Position numbers and translations under genes: made by a program. A model generated the notes under the pieces. The model was not told where the DNA came from, did not search any database, and was given only the letters and a program-made list of their open reading frames with translations. From NCBI GenBank assembly GCA_951406725.2, contig OX597843.1:7006001-7070000 (forward strand): 64,000 bases of DNA, in the 5' to 3' direction. This document shows positions 37,862-52,094 of the stretch, one piece after another; the stretch's first letter is position 1; every line of letters begins with the position of its first letter. This DNA comes from Octopus vulgaris. Lineage: Eukaryota.

Positions 37862-38060
37862 ATGTATGTATGTGTATCTGTGCCCCCAACATTACCTGAC
37901 AACTGAGGTCAGTGTGTTTACGTTCCCATAACTTAGCAGTTCGGCAAAAGAGACCAATAGAATAAGCACTAGGCTTACAAAGAATAAGTCCTGGGGTCGA
38001 TTTGCTCAACTAAAGGTGGTGCTCCGGCATGGCCGCAGTCAAATGACAAACAAATAAAAA
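37640..38060 (+). mobile_element. SINE family A
   Basis: Homologous to 691-1072. Confidence 0.88.
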
Positions 38061-38103
38061 AATATATGTATGCACAAACACTATTTGTCTATGTGTGTGT
38101 GTG

Positions 38104-38134
<31 letters not shown>

Positions 38135-38326
38135 CAAGAAATGTATACATAATACATAATTGTGCATCTCATGGAAAAAAGAAAAGGTGGGATGATAACA
38201 TCCTGAACTGCTTCAATCATGGGTCAACTACAACAGACCACTGACCTGGGGTTAAAAGAAACAGCAACAACCACCAGAATCACGACAATAATTAAGAGAA
38301 AAGACAGACGGTCAATCAATACGTAC

Positions 38327-38544
38327 CACAAGACCGAGGACCAACGTCCGTACACGCTCCCCGATGTCGGGAGAGATGTCTGAACCAAACTGCTGTAGCG
38401 TGGTCAGGAACCGTTTTAACTTGCTCAGTTGCCGGGCGCCACACGCAGGTGGCAGCTGTTGTGTTGATACTGCATTGGGCATTGAGCCAGGAGGTGATGG
38501 AGTGCGGCCGTTCAGACCGAGAGGTGAATGCGTTCCATTCATAC
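38327..38544 (-). CDS. CBFA2T1: CBFA2T exon (start of NHR1/TAFH)
   Basis: [45 protein letters not shown] is nearly identical to MTG8/ETO; tttcag acceptor, gtacgt donor; phase 1 in, phase 0 out. Confidence 0.97.
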
Positions 38545-39423
38545 CTGAAATATGCAAAACAAAAACATCGTTAGCATCAATTTTCATCATCATCATTTAA
38601 TGTCTGAACATAGAGTGGACAAACAAGGATAGACAACGGGATTAAATCAATTACATCAACCCCAGTGCATAACTGGTACTTAATTTATCAACCACCGAAA
38701 AGATGAACGGAAAAGTCGACCTCGGCAGAATTTAAATTTCTGATAATGTTTCGAATTTTAAAAGTTCAGCTTTATTTTTTATTTTTTTTTCATTCTAGCC
38801 ATGTATTAAGATTAATCTTTTAATAAATTTCTGATACTGTTATAAAACGAATAAATTATTTATCAATCAATTTTCCTGGCATAGAGTCGGCAGTGGTGAG
38901 TGGTCCCTATTCCCTCTAGTCTGCTTTGGCATTGGTTTCTATGGCCAGATGCCCTTCCTAACAATAGTGTATGTATGTGTGTGTGCATATCATCATTTAA
39001 TGTGCATTGTCCATGTTGGCATGGCTTGGGCAGTTTGAGCAGAGCTGGCAAGTAGGGGTGCTGTTTTGGTCTAGTTTCTTATTTCTTTATTGCCCACAAG
39101 GGGCTAAACATAGAGGGGACAAACAAGAACAGAGAAAGGGATTAAGTTGATTATATCGACCCCAGAATTTGTTAAAATTTCTGATAATTGCTTCTTCGTT
39201 GCTCACAGGGGGCTGAACATAGAGGGGACAGACAACAGGATTAAATCGATTACATCAACACCAGTGCGTAACTGGTATATTTAATCGACCCTGATAGGAT
39301 GAACGGAAAAATAGTCTTTGCCCAAATCTTGACACGCTCCTTTTTTCTTAATATATAAAATCTGTATACAACCTCAAACAATCTATACTTCTCTCTCTCG
39401 TGTATGTATATATATATATAAAG

Positions 39424-39770
39424 TGCAGGAGTGGCGGTGTGGTAAGTAGCTTGCTTACCAGCCACATGGTTCCGGGTTCAGTCCCACTGCATGGCGCGTT
39501 GGGCAAGTGTCTTCTACTATGGCCTCAGGCTGACCAAAGCCTTGTGAGTGGATTTGGTAGACGGAAACTGGAAGTAGCCTGTCATGTATATATACATATA
39601 TATGTGTGTGTGTATGTTTGTACATCAGTGTATGTCCACCACCATCACTTGACAACTGATGCTGGTGTGTTTACCAACAGAATAAGTACTAGGCTTACAA
39701 AGAATAAGTCGATTTATTCGACTAAAGGCGGTGCTCCAGCATGGCTTGTAGTCAAATGACTGAAACAAAA
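39424..39770 (+). mobile_element. SINE family A
   Basis: Homologous to 691-1072. Confidence 0.85.
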
Positions 39771-39830
39771 TATATATATAAGTAATGGCTAAAGGAATAT
39801 TGAAGGAATTCTAGTTTTTGCTAGCAAAAA

Positions 39831-39868
39831 CTGTCTGATGAACGGCAACGAGAAACTCAGAGTAACAG
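39831..39868 (+). ncRNA. Minimal type I hammerhead ribozyme motif (Penelope-LTR type)
   Basis: CTGT-CTGATGA-A-CG GCAA CG-A-GAAA-CTC A GAG-TA-ACAG: stem I CTGT/ACAG, GNRA-capped stem II, near-palindromic stem III. Confidence 0.6.
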
Positions 39869-39971
39869 ATTTTGTTGAATTTTCTGCTGCTTAAAATAAA
39901 GCATATTACTCTACCACTGGTATTTGAGTACTCTTTTTTTCCACCTTGTTTCACATTTATGTGTTTACTCC

Positions 39972-40028
<57 letters not shown>

Positions 40029-40117
40029 GTATGTGAAATTTTGAATTTAGTTCACCGACCACCAGGGACCCATGGAATCCAGGTTGGGAACCACTGGGAT
40101 AGATAGATGTAAAGATA

Positions 40118-42342
40118 TGTTTCTTTATTAGCCACACAGGGCTGCACACAGACAGAACAAATTACAAGGTAGAGCTTTTCTTTTGGGGGTAAAAAAAAGG
40201 GGGGTTGGTTTTCGATCAAAAGGGATCGTAAAAGGAAAGAAAGAGGACAAAAAAAGGGGAGGATTTTTAAAAAAAGGGGGAAGAGAGAAAAAAAAAGGAA
40301 AGGGGAGAGGAAAAAAGTTGATCAATAGGGATAGTAATCACAGAAATGTCAATATGAAGTGTAAAGGGGAGGACAGGTGAGGTTTACCCGTGGAAAGAAA
40401 AGCCTACGGAAAAGACCACGGTAACCTCGGTCAATGAAGTCACATGTTATATTTCTTTCTTTTATTTTTTCTTGCAAATAAGCAACTCTCTGTATTAATT
40501 TTTACAGTTCATAGAATCATAGTCAAGGTGGCTTTGTCATTCATACGTGCCATCCTTGCTACATTCACCCATCTTTTTTTAAAACATTCACTAGACAAAA
40601 CTTGCCTCTCTACTCTCACTTTCCTCTTCAAGTGATACTTGAAGAAGTTGATGAGAGATTGACCAGAGAGGAAAGTGTTTGTCTCTAATCCTTTCAGGCG
40701 CGTCCACCAGATACATTCTTTCGCCATAGCCACAAGTATGATAAAAATAGCTCTTCCTTCCCGTTTGAAGGAAGGAGGCGTGACGATATTAACGATAGAC
40801 TCGGCTGATAAACCGACACGTCCCACACGTGACAGCAGTCGTTCGACATCAGCCCACAGGCCGGAAATTGCTGGACACTGCACAATTGCGTGCAGAGCGG
40901 TTTCGTCGCTCTGCCCGCATCTCGGGCAGGTCGGCCCCGTGTTTCTTGAGCCATGCCTATAGAGCTTATCCCGAACGGGTAGCGCTTCTCAGTAGAACCG
41001 CCAGGCCAGGGATCTCTGGAAGTTGTCCATAGGTCCCGGGCCGAAACTTGTTTGAAACAGGCGGGTCAGGTATTCCTCGTCGACGCCCAGGTTTGCCCCG
41101 AGATCATCGTCGTACCTCCCCTCCACTAATCCCCTATAGAATGCTTTGGTTGTGTTGAAGTCACTCAAGGTCGACCCGGGACGGCAGAGTTGCTTGAGAG
41201 CAACGCGACACTCGCGGTGCCATTCGCCCTTCCTCGGCCTCTTTTTGATCCACGACTGTAGTTCAGTCATGGAGACAAGTTGTGGGAATGCGTGCCTCAC
41301 AAACGGCGACCACACCTGTTCACCGTCGTCTACATAGAGCCGGAGATGTCGCAGTCTCAGCGCGTGTCTGTGCATCATCAACCACGGCATGCCCAGCCCT
41401 CCTTTTAACGGTTGTTGACAGCAAATAGATCGCCTGACCATCGGGACGCATCCTTTCCACAAGAAGCGGAAGAGGATGCGTTCTAGTTTGGTGATGGTAG
41501 GGTCGGGACAAGGGTCAGGTGATAGTAGATGATGGACGCGATGTACGCGTTCGCCACCTCCGCCTGACCTTTTAGGGACAGTTTCCTCTTGGCCCATTGC
41601 TGGGCAAGAGTGACCACCCTACTCGTTATCTCGTTCCAGTTCTTCTCCATTTGGAGGTCCAGACCGAACCAGATCCCGAGCAACTCAACCGGGCCGTCTG
41701 TCCAGCGTCCCACGACGGAGGTACTGGTGGACGGCATGGGCTTGCTTCTCCAGGTGCCGAGCCGCAAGCCCACTGACTTTTCCCGGTTGATTTTTGCTCC
41801 TGTCACCGCTTTGTAGTCTTTCAGTGACCCGCTCGATGTGCTCGTGGCTTGACACTATGACGGTGACGTCGTCCGCGTATGCAAACACGCTCGTCCCGCA
41901 TCCCAATTCTCGCGGGATACCCCTCAGAGTCGCCAGCTTCCGCAGTAGTGGCTCAAGAGTCAATACATATAGAAGCGCCGAGAGGGGGCATCCCTGACGG
42001 ACCGAACGTGCAATGTCGAAAGGTCTCGATAGATGTCCATTTATGCGAATTACCAAGCGGATGCCTCTGTACAAGGCAGCTATCCAGCCGCGGAAGACGG
42101 GACCGAAACCAGCCGCTCTCAGGACTGCCTCCAAGTATCGATGGTCTACCCTATCGAAGGCTTTCGATTGATCCAAGTTGATCAGGGCCCCACCCATGCC
42201 AGGTTCGTTAACTACCCTGTCTATGATGTAGCGCATCAGATGGAGGTTGTCATGGATGCTCCGGCCTGGCACGGCGCACGTTTGTGCGTTGTCGACCAGT
42301 TTCTCGATGACAAGCGCCAACCACTTGGCTAACACCTTTACA
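40118..42342 (-). mobile_element. L1/Tx1-clade LINE, 5' truncated, with 15-bp TSD
   Basis: LDQSKAFDRVDH, VRQGCPLS, AYADDVT, GAKINREKS, GGLGMP; AATAAA at the 3' end; TSD ATAGATGTAAAGATA at 40103-40117 and 42343-42357. Confidence 0.95.
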
Positions 42343-42534
42343 ATAGATGTAAAGATAGATAGCTGAGAAGATAGATGGATGGATGGAAAGACAGTTGGAC
42401 AAATAGAGAGGTAGATGGAAAGAGATAGAAAGCAAGAGGGACAAATAGAGAAGTGGACAGAGACAGATGAGAAGTGAAATAGATGGAAGGAAAAAAGATA
42501 GATAGATATTTATCTATATATACCGTAACATGTA

Positions 42535-42934
42535 CTAGCAGTATCGCCTAGCATTGCTCGGGCTTGTTTTCTTTTCGACCCTTTAGAATTGGAATTTTCG
42601 AAAAGCTACATAATTTTGCATTATGTAGCTTGTTATTCTCTTTAAGTGAACATTTTTCTGGTTGAAATACACCGAAAAATGGCGATACAGCAGTCAGAAA
42701 ATCGTAAAAAAATAGGGATTTTCAGAGAAAAAAAGCACCTTTTTGATGTAAATAATTTTTGGTGTTAACATGGTCCAATTTGAATTTTTTCTTCTACGGA
42801 ATGAAGATCAAGCCTTCTTCTATCATACTCTCAATTTTGGTCAACTTGCGCCGCAGGGTCCCGGAGGAGATAGTGTTAGTTGAAGGCTACCAAACCTGCC
42901 ACACACAGACAACTTCAGCTTTATATATAGAGAG
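42535..42934 (-). mobile_element. Non-autonomous Helitron-like repeat, full length
   Basis: Minus strand begins TCTCTCTATATATAAAGC and ends CCCGAGCAATGCTAGGCGATACTGCTAG. Confidence 0.6.
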
Positions 42935-42935
42935 A

Positions 42936-43061
42936 TAAGGAACCCTTTTTTGTCCAAAAAATTAGGTTTAAAAAATGTGAGTTTTATACATGGATAATAT
43001 TATAATCCCTTACACAACCTTTTTTCCAAATTTTAAGCCCCCAAAATTACGTGGTTCCTTA
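42936..43061. mobile_element. Small MITE (TAAGGAACC...GGTTCCTTA)
   Basis: Short TIRs; second copy in opposite orientation at 58585-58700. Confidence 0.7.
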
Positions 43062-43610
43062 TAGACAAGTGTTCTTTATATACATTAAAATACAGTAGAT
43101 GGATGGAAAGTGATAGAGAGACAGACAGACAGGTAGACATATACAAATAACCAAATAGAGAGGCAGATAGTAAGATAGAGAGAGAGAGAGAGAGACATAA
43201 TTTAATAACACTCTTGTAGTGGTTTCAACACAGACAAACACACACCAAACAATCTCTCTCTCTCACTCACTCCTTGCCTGTCTACTTTAGCATTTAAACA
43301 CACACTTGTGTGTGTAGTATTGGGTGTGTGTGAATGTGTAGAAATGTAAGTGAAAGTAGTCAAGGTGAGGGGGAGGGGAGCATTATTGCTGCCCAGTTAA
43401 GTAGGGAGAGAGAGGGAGAGAGAAATACAGAAGGGGAGGGAGGGATGAAAGTCATTGTTTGTTGTGTGCCCACCACCACCACCACCACCACCATAACATC
43501 TGGTCAATGGAGTGGTCACAGCTGGATTAAGTAGTTTACCACTTATCCTGACAATATTTACCAGCAGACCAGCTGTAACTATGTGTGTGTCTAAATATAT
43601 CAAAAGAGAG

Positions 43611-43666
<56 letters not shown>

Positions 43667-43824
43667 ATATAAATAAGTGTGTGTAATGTATATATAGAGA
43701 GAAATGCATGAGTATATGTGTGTGTGTGTATATGTATGGGTATGTGTGTGAGTATCAATGTCAGTAGAAGCATATGGTATGCCTGTGTGTGTATATATAT
43801 CGATTGGTGTGCATCTGTGTATAT

Positions 43825-43903
<79 letters not shown>

Positions 43904-44649
43904 TGTGTGTGTGAATTTAAGTGGAAGTGAGTATATGTTATGCCTGTGAATGCATGTATATTGATTTATACGTATGTGTGTGTATACATACATACATATA
44001 CACACACACACATATAGTATACAGTTATCTGAATGTTTGTTCTATTGTATATATGCAATATATTTACAATGAATATATATATATACACACACACACACAC
44101 ATACATACATGCACACAAACATACATACATGCACATAAATATACAGAAGGTGAAACAAGTTTACATGAACCAGCTGTGATGTGGAGTGATAATGGTGTAT
44201 ATACACCCTCCCCCACCACACACACAAACACATACACACGTGTGTGTTTGTACTATACATACATATATACACACTCACAGCTGTGTGATAGCCAGTTAGT
44301 CCCAAGCAGCCAGAGGTGGTGGTGGTGGTGTTTATATACCACAAGGGAGGGTGTACAAAGGGAAGAGGGCGGTTTAGTTTATATACCCTGTCACAGATCC
44401 TTTCTACACACACACACACATACACAAACTATCTCACTGTATATTCATTTGTAGTGCAATATGCGGATTCACAGAATCTTGTGGCTATCACAGAAAGCTC
44501 CTCTACTGGACCTGGCTATCAGACCACATATAATGCCAAGTTCTATGCAACTGAAATCCAGGAGTTGAGGCTTTGGTTGTAACCATGAGGTTTTCATGAT
44601 CTGATGAGCAGGCCTTCTTTATCTGCTTTGATTTGTTGATACAGAATTG

Positions 44650-44743
44650 TATAATGCATATTAGTGTATAATGTGTATTAGTGTATAATGCATATTAGTG
44701 TATAATGTGTATAATGTGTATTAGTGTATAATGTGTATTAGTG
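44650..44743. repeat. 17-bp minisatellite (TATAATGYRTATTAGTG)
   Basis: About 5.5 tandem units. Confidence 0.85.
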
Positions 44744-46189
44744 CAGACATGTAAGCAATTTATTATACACTGAGATTATTACACGATGAACGCTGCGAAA
44801 TAGCTGTAATCCTAAGAATATCAAATGCTTAACTAAATATATTCACCTCTCATACCACCTTACTTTTTATGGTTTATATACACATGTGTATGCATGTGTG
44901 TGTGTATATATATTTTTTACTTGTTCAAGTTATTAAACTGTGGCCATGCTGGGGCACTGCCTTGAAGAACTTTTAGTCGAATGCATCGACTTCCAGGACT
45001 TATTTTCTAAAAGCCTTGTACTTATTCTATTGGTCTCTTTTGCCTTACCGCTAAGTTACAGAGACATAAACACACCAGCATCGGTTGTCAAGCAGTGGTG
45101 GGGGACAAGCACAGAACAGGCTTCTTTCAGTTTCCATCTACCAAATCCACTCACAAGAATTTGGTTGGCCTGAGGATATAGTAGAAGACATTTAGCCAAG
45201 ATGCCATGCAGGGGGACTGAACCTGGAACCACACGGTTGGGAGGCAAGCTTCGTACCACACAGCCACGCCTGTATGTCCTAAATGCCTTCAAAATATCAT
45301 TTGGTTTGACTTCATCATTGTAACAAATATCTATCTTACCCATTTCTACTTTCTGAGTTCAAATCCCACCAAGGCCAAATTTCAGGCCATGTGCCCATAG
45401 TAGAAAGGATTGTTGTAACCTATATGTATAAGTACATACACGTGCGTGTGAGTGTGTGATAAATACTTTATCAGGAAATAATGATTACAAATGTGTTCAT
45501 TCATCGTCCTCTCTCATGGTCCTTCCTTCTTCCATGCTGGTATGAGCCAAATGGTTCGACAGAATCTGCTAAGCCAGAGGACATGTGGTGCTGCAACATC
45601 AGCTTCTGGTTTGGTTTCTTCAGCTGGAAGCGCTCCCTAACGCCAACCAAGGTCAGTCTTCTATGCTGCCATAGGCTAACTTATCCGACAGAATTCAATC
45701 AACCAGACGATTGCATCCAGTTCCAGTTGTCTGGTTTTGGCTTGGCTTCTTCAGCCGGAACCCTTCCTGACGCTAACCACTTTACAGGCTGTATTCTGTG
45801 CCCTTCGTGTGGCACCAGCACTAGCGAGGTCAGTAATTTACTCAGAACACGAAGACATTTCAAGCTTGGGTGTCGTATTGAGAAGTCGGGGCTTTGTGTC
45901 AAGTGTTGAGAGGCTGACAAAAGTAGGATAGGAGGACAGGGAAAAAGGGTCTTGCTGATGAGGAGATACTAGAAAGGGAGAAACGACAGTGGAGGTGGGG
46001 TGTCAGAGTATATTGTCAATGTATAAGGGGTGTATATGAGAGAGAATAGGGACAGAGAATTAAGGGTGGCTGGGTAGCTAAGTTGGTTTACAAGCAGGAT
46101 GAAAGGAAGGAGATTGGTGATTGAGACAAAGACAGATGTGAATGGAGAACATGGGGTGTTGCCATGTTGTGAACCATGTTGCCGTTTTT

Positions 46190-46710
46190 GTTTCAGTCAT
46201 TAGACTGTGGCCATACAGAACTTTCAGTTGAAAGAATTGACCCCAGGATTTTTTTTTTATTTCTAAGCCTGGTACTTCATCATTCTCTTTTACTGAACTA
46301 AGTTACAGGGACGTAAACACACCAACACTGGTTATCAAATACATACACGATGGGTTTCTCTCAGTTTTCGTCTACCAAATCCACTTGCAAGACTGGTCAG
46401 CCTGAGGTTATAGTAGAAGACACTTGCCCAAGGTGTTACGCAGTGGGACTGAACCTGGAACCATATGGTTGGGGAACAAGCTTCTTACCACACAGCTACA
46501 CCTGCCCCCATATATATATATATATACATATATACACACACACATGCACCTTGATGGGCTTCTTTCAGTTTCCGTCAACCAAATCCACTCACAAGGCTTT
46601 GGTCAGCCTGAGGCTATAGTAAAAGACACTTGCCCAAGGTATCATGCAGTGGGACTGAACTTGGAACCATGTGGTTAGGAAGGAAGCTACTTACCACACA
46701 GCCACACCCA
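46190..46710 (-). mobile_element. Two tandem SINE family A copies
   Basis: Two heads ending near 46505 and 46710. Confidence 0.8.
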
Positions 46711-47539
46711 TTTTTCCATGCTGGCATGGGTTAGATGAATATATAACTAAGGCATTGATTTATAACCAGATTCCCTTTCTATTACAAACCCTTACCTGTT
46801 TTTTTTTTCAAGAAGGGATCCCTTATTCCACATGCTTTTGAAAGAGCAAAGCCACGAATAATTTAATAACAGGGGTAACAACAACAATATTTGGGGCTTG
46901 GGATTTTTTCAGAGGCACAAATCTAAACACACCCAAACGCATACCCTCACACATGATGGGATTCTTTCAATTTCCACCAAACCGCTCACAAAGGTTTGGT
47001 TAGCCTGGGGCTGACATTCCATCGGTTATGATAATGAGAGTTCTAGTTCATCTAATTAATGAAACAGCCTGCTCATGAAATTAATGTGAGGGCAGTGGAG
47101 CACTTGACAGGGACACGTACCCTTAATGAAGTTCTTGGGGAGATTCAGAATGACGCAAGTGGACAGGAGCAACATGAAAATAAAGGATCTTACTCAAGGA
47201 CACTCTGCACTTCCAGGAATCGAACTTGCAAAATCATGATTGTGAACTGTATACTCTTACCCCGAAGCCACACAACTTCACAAGACCTGGGGCTACAATG
47301 AAAGGCAATAACCAAAGGGGCCGAACATAAAACCAACTGGCTGGAAAGCAAAGTTCTTAACTACTCATCCAGAGCCCTACCTGTACCCTAAAAATATAAA
47401 ATGATTGAAAGAAATGTGACTGACCATGGTGTGTGGGGTTTTGTATATTTTGTGGCACAAAAACATATTCAATACAACCTTGTATTGGAAGTGTATAGAG
47501 CATGATGAACATTAGATTAAGTACGATATAAACAGATAT

Positions 47540-47632
<93 letters not shown>

Positions 47633-47833
47633 ATATACATATATATATATATGTATGTATATATACATATATATATGTATGTATATATACATATATATAT
47701 ATGTATGTATGTATGTATATATGTATGTATGTATATATACATATATATATATATGTATGTATATATACATATATATATATATATGTATGTATATATACAT
47801 ATATATACATATATGTATGTATATATACATATA

Positions 47834-47864
<31 letters not shown>

Positions 47865-47952
47865 GTATGTATATATACATATATATATGTATGTATATAT
47901 ATACATATGTATGTATATATATATGTATGTATATATACATATATATATATAC
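47540..47952. repeat. (TA)n/(TATG)n compound microsatellite
   Basis: Direct inspection. Confidence 0.95.
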
Positions 47953-48614
47953 ATAATTAATGATTAATTATGAATTTTCTGGTTAATTCCGTAATGGAAT
48001 CGACGGCTTATATTTATTTGCTGCCGATAAATTTGGCGCGAGTGCGACGATTTGAAAATTTTAGGTCAGATATAAACTTGGCAACGTCGGAAATGCCTCG
48101 TGAAAATATCTGTTCCGTCTTGGGCTATTTCTTACTGAAGAATCTGAGGGCCTGTGGAAGATTGGCTTGATTTAATTTAATCAGGTTAGTTTACCATTAA
48201 TCAGCAGATGAAACGGTATATCGTATAAGAAATTACAGGGTAAATGTTTTTTAAATTTTCTCCTGGTTTACTGAATTAACTTTTATTTGCGGTTGAAGCT
48301 TTGGCTGTTATTTCTAGTGGGTGAATGGCCTATTATGGCCGTTCCTTTATTGTTGATATATATATATACATATATATTTAAACTGCACCTTGTGGTTTTG
48401 TTTGATCAAGATTAGAAACAAAAGAAAATGTGCCTATTAACAGTGTAAGAGGTGTAGTTCACCAGCTGTTGTCTCTTATGCTTGTGGGATGGTAGAGGAT
48501 AAATTAGGTCCTGTGTTGGCAGTTTCAAATGACCTCAGTTCTTATTTTCATTTTAGACTGGCAGAGAGAGAGAGGTACTCACTGTTTATATCTCCATCTA
48601 TATATATAAAATGG

Positions 48615-48766
48615 AACATCGACCCTAGTGCGTAACTGGTACTTAATTTATTGACCATGAAAGCAAAGTCGACCTCAGCGGAATTTGAACTCAGAACGTA
48701 GCGGCAGACGAAATACCTGTAAGCATTTCGCCTGGTGTGCTAACGTTTCTGTCAGCTCGCCGCCTT
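48615..48766 (-). mobile_element. tRNA-derived SINE, family B, next to an (AAT)n tract
   Basis: Head GGCGGCGAGCTGACAGAAACGTTAGCACACCAGGCGAAATGCTTA...GTTCAAATTCC. Other copies near 9150-9262, 32500-32860, 36610-36955, 37336-37531 and 54319-54520. Confidence 0.85.
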
Positions 48767-48767
48767 A

Positions 48768-48779
48768 ATAATAATAATG

Positions 48780-48866
<87 letters not shown>

Positions 48867-48867
48867 G
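48768..48867. repeat. (AAT)n microsatellite
   Basis: Direct inspection. Confidence 0.97.
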
Positions 48868-50198
48868 TGATTGTGTTAGTAGTAGTAGTAGTGTTGGCAA
48901 TAATTGTGCTGAGGTACGATATATTTGCTAAGTGATTAAGAAGTTTTCCTTTAAAGCCATGAGATGCAAGGTTCAATCTCACTGTTTGGCATCCTGACCA
49001 AATGTCATTTTCAATCTCCTCAGGTGAAACCATAACTTGTGAGACTGAGTAATTAGAAACTGTACTGAAGCCTATTATGTGGGTTGTACTTATAAATGCA
49101 AAATGGTACAATCTTGTCAAGACAGTGTCATATTAAGGGCAGCTGTCTGTGGAATGCTCAGCCAATTATATGCTAGTTCAGGAGCAGATAATTCAGTGGA
49201 GGTCAAACGACTGAATCCTCATTGATTGATACATGTGTGTGTGCGTGTGATCACGCATGTATATATGCATGTGTATATATACACCCATATACATATATGG
49301 TAGTAAATGGTTGTAGCGTAGTCAATGGTGGTGGCGGCATCGATAGTGTTGGTGGTGGTGGTAGTGGTGTAGTGTTGTGGCGTTACAGTAGTACAGTATA
49401 AGCGGTAGTAGTAGTAGTAACAGTAGTAAACGGTAATGTGGTATATATAATAAAGCTGTTTAAGCTGTAGTTTGTAATGAAGTCACAAATCACAGCTTAG
49501 GTTGAAATGTACAACGTGGATCGTTATCTTAATTGACGAAATGGAGTTGTATAGGCGGTGGTGGTGGTGGTATGAATGATGGTTATGCTTGATAGTAAGA
49601 GGTGGTGGTGCGAATAATGGTGTGGTGCAGTGTAGTGGTAGTGATGGTGATAGTGGGGGGAGTGGTGGTGGGTGTTGATGAGAGTGAAAGAGAAGGAAGA
49701 CGAAAGGGAAAGGATGGAGAGAAGGAGACAGGAGAGAGAGGGAAGTGTGTGAGAGAGAAAGGATATGAGAATGAGGGAGTGGGGGAGAGAGATAAAGAGT
49801 GAGAGAGTGAAAGAAACAGTGAAGAAAGGAGAGAAAGAGGGGAGGAGGAGAGAGAGAGGTGGAAAGCCATCTCATTTGCATACATCCCATCACGTTCACC
49901 ACTTAACATTCAATCCTGGCAACAAACAACAACAACAACGACAATAACCATCGCCCTCAAATCAACATCATCCTTACCGAAATCAGCATCCCGACGACCC
50001 CCTCCCCCAGTACCACCACCATCACCAAAACTCTCTCTAAGATAATTGGAGATTTAAAGCAGTAAAATCCATTTTACACACACACACACGTTTATATATA
50101 CGTATATGCCAATATACGTACATGTGTGTGTATATATATATATAAAGGCATACATGTATCTATATAAATGTTTGCATAATTGTAAATGTGAATGTATT

Positions 50199-50229
<31 letters not shown>

Positions 50230-50367
50230 ATATACAGATATATATGTATATACAAATATACACAGACGACTGTGTGAATAGGTATAGCCACATGTGTGCT
50301 TATATATACCATGTGAATCTATAATATAAACACACTATATACATACACATATATATATATACACACA

Positions 50368-50406
<39 letters not shown>

Positions 50407-51450
50407 TATAAAGCCACAGAGTTCATGTATATGTGAGAGAAAGAGAATTTTTATATATTTTGTGGTACAGAAACCAATAACTTTTCAATACACTCTTTTA
50501 TTGGCTGAGTACAGAATGTGATGAAGGTTAATTTACGTGGGAGATAAACACAGATTAAGCATCTGAGCCTCATTCTGCGGTTTGGTTTGACAGGCTCCCA
50601 GTCTCCCACCCATGTCAGTGGGGTCAGAAGCAGAAGGAATGACTCTTAGCAGTGTCAGAGGAGTAAAAATCACTGACTGTCACCTATCATGTGTGGAGAC
50701 AGGAGCTGCAGGGACAGGAGTGGGTCAACATTGACATTCTTGAGGATGAATTTAGTCAAGTTTTAGCAGTGTGAGATTAATTCAGTTTTACTGTTTTTTT
50801 TTAATCATTTAAGACTAGGATAGAGTAGTGTTCACTGTTACATTGACATAAGCGTAGGTATAGCTATGTGGTTGGGAAGCTCACTTTGCAACCATGTGGC
50901 CCTGTGTTCAATCCCACTGCACAACATTTTGATCAAGTGTCTTACTATAACTCAAGGTAGATCAATGTCCTATGAGTGAATTTGGCAGGTAGAAACTATG
51001 TGGAAGCCCATCATGTGTGTGTCTTCGTGATGTTTGTTCCTCCACCTCACCAGCTGACAACCAGTGTTGGTTCATATAAAAGTGCACATAACTTCACCGT
51101 TTGTCAAAGAGACTGATACAAGTAAGTACAAAACTTTAAAAAAAACATTAAGTACTGGTGTCAATCACTTTAATCCCTTCAAGGTGGTGCTCCAGCATGA
51201 CTGCAGTCCAATGACTGAAACACATGAAAAAAGGTATCTGATTACTGTATGACTATTTTGTAGCTACTATTATCAGTATTACTAAGTGCTACAAGTGCCA
51301 ATACTAACTGCCACAACCTTTAACGCTTGCTACTATAACCAGCCACACGCACTACTGATACAGATCCATTCATACATATCTTCACATCAAAACACTCAAC
51401 ACACAAATCAAAGGTCTATAACAGTATATGCCCCGTGCTTATACATTCTG

Positions 51451-51486
<36 letters not shown>

Positions 51487-51651
51487 TCCCCAAAAAACAA
51501 AGAAAAAACACAAAATGCGAGAACATGTTGCATGCAAAATATTAATAAGACGCTCAGGGAAGGAAAGAAAGGGTGTTTTATGTTTTGAGCAAAGCTCTTC
51601 TTCAGAAACAGGAGAGAGAGAAAAGGAAGGCAGAGGAAAAAAAAAGAAGAC

Positions 51652-51718
<67 letters not shown>

Positions 51719-52052
51719 GTATATATGTGTGTGTGTGTGTGTGTGTGTATTGCAATACAGTAGAAGACACTTGCTGAAGGTGTCATGCAGTGGAACTGAA
51801 CCTGGAACCATGTGGTTGGCAAGCAAGCTTCTTACCACAAAGCCACACCATACATTTATACATATATACACACAAACACATATTCTTTAATTGATTTCAG
51901 TCACTTAACTGTGACCATGCTGGAGCACCACCTTTAGTCGAGCAAATCAACCCCAGGACTTATTCTTTGTAAGCCTAGAACTTATTCTATCAGTCTCTTT
52001 TGCCGAACCACTAAGTTATGGGGACGTAAACACACCGACATCGGTTGTTAAG

Positions 52053-52094
<42 letters not shown>

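Noticed and set aside
48691-49120. Poly-Leu/Asn/Ile ORFs
   Set aside because: Translations of the (AAT)n microsatellite.
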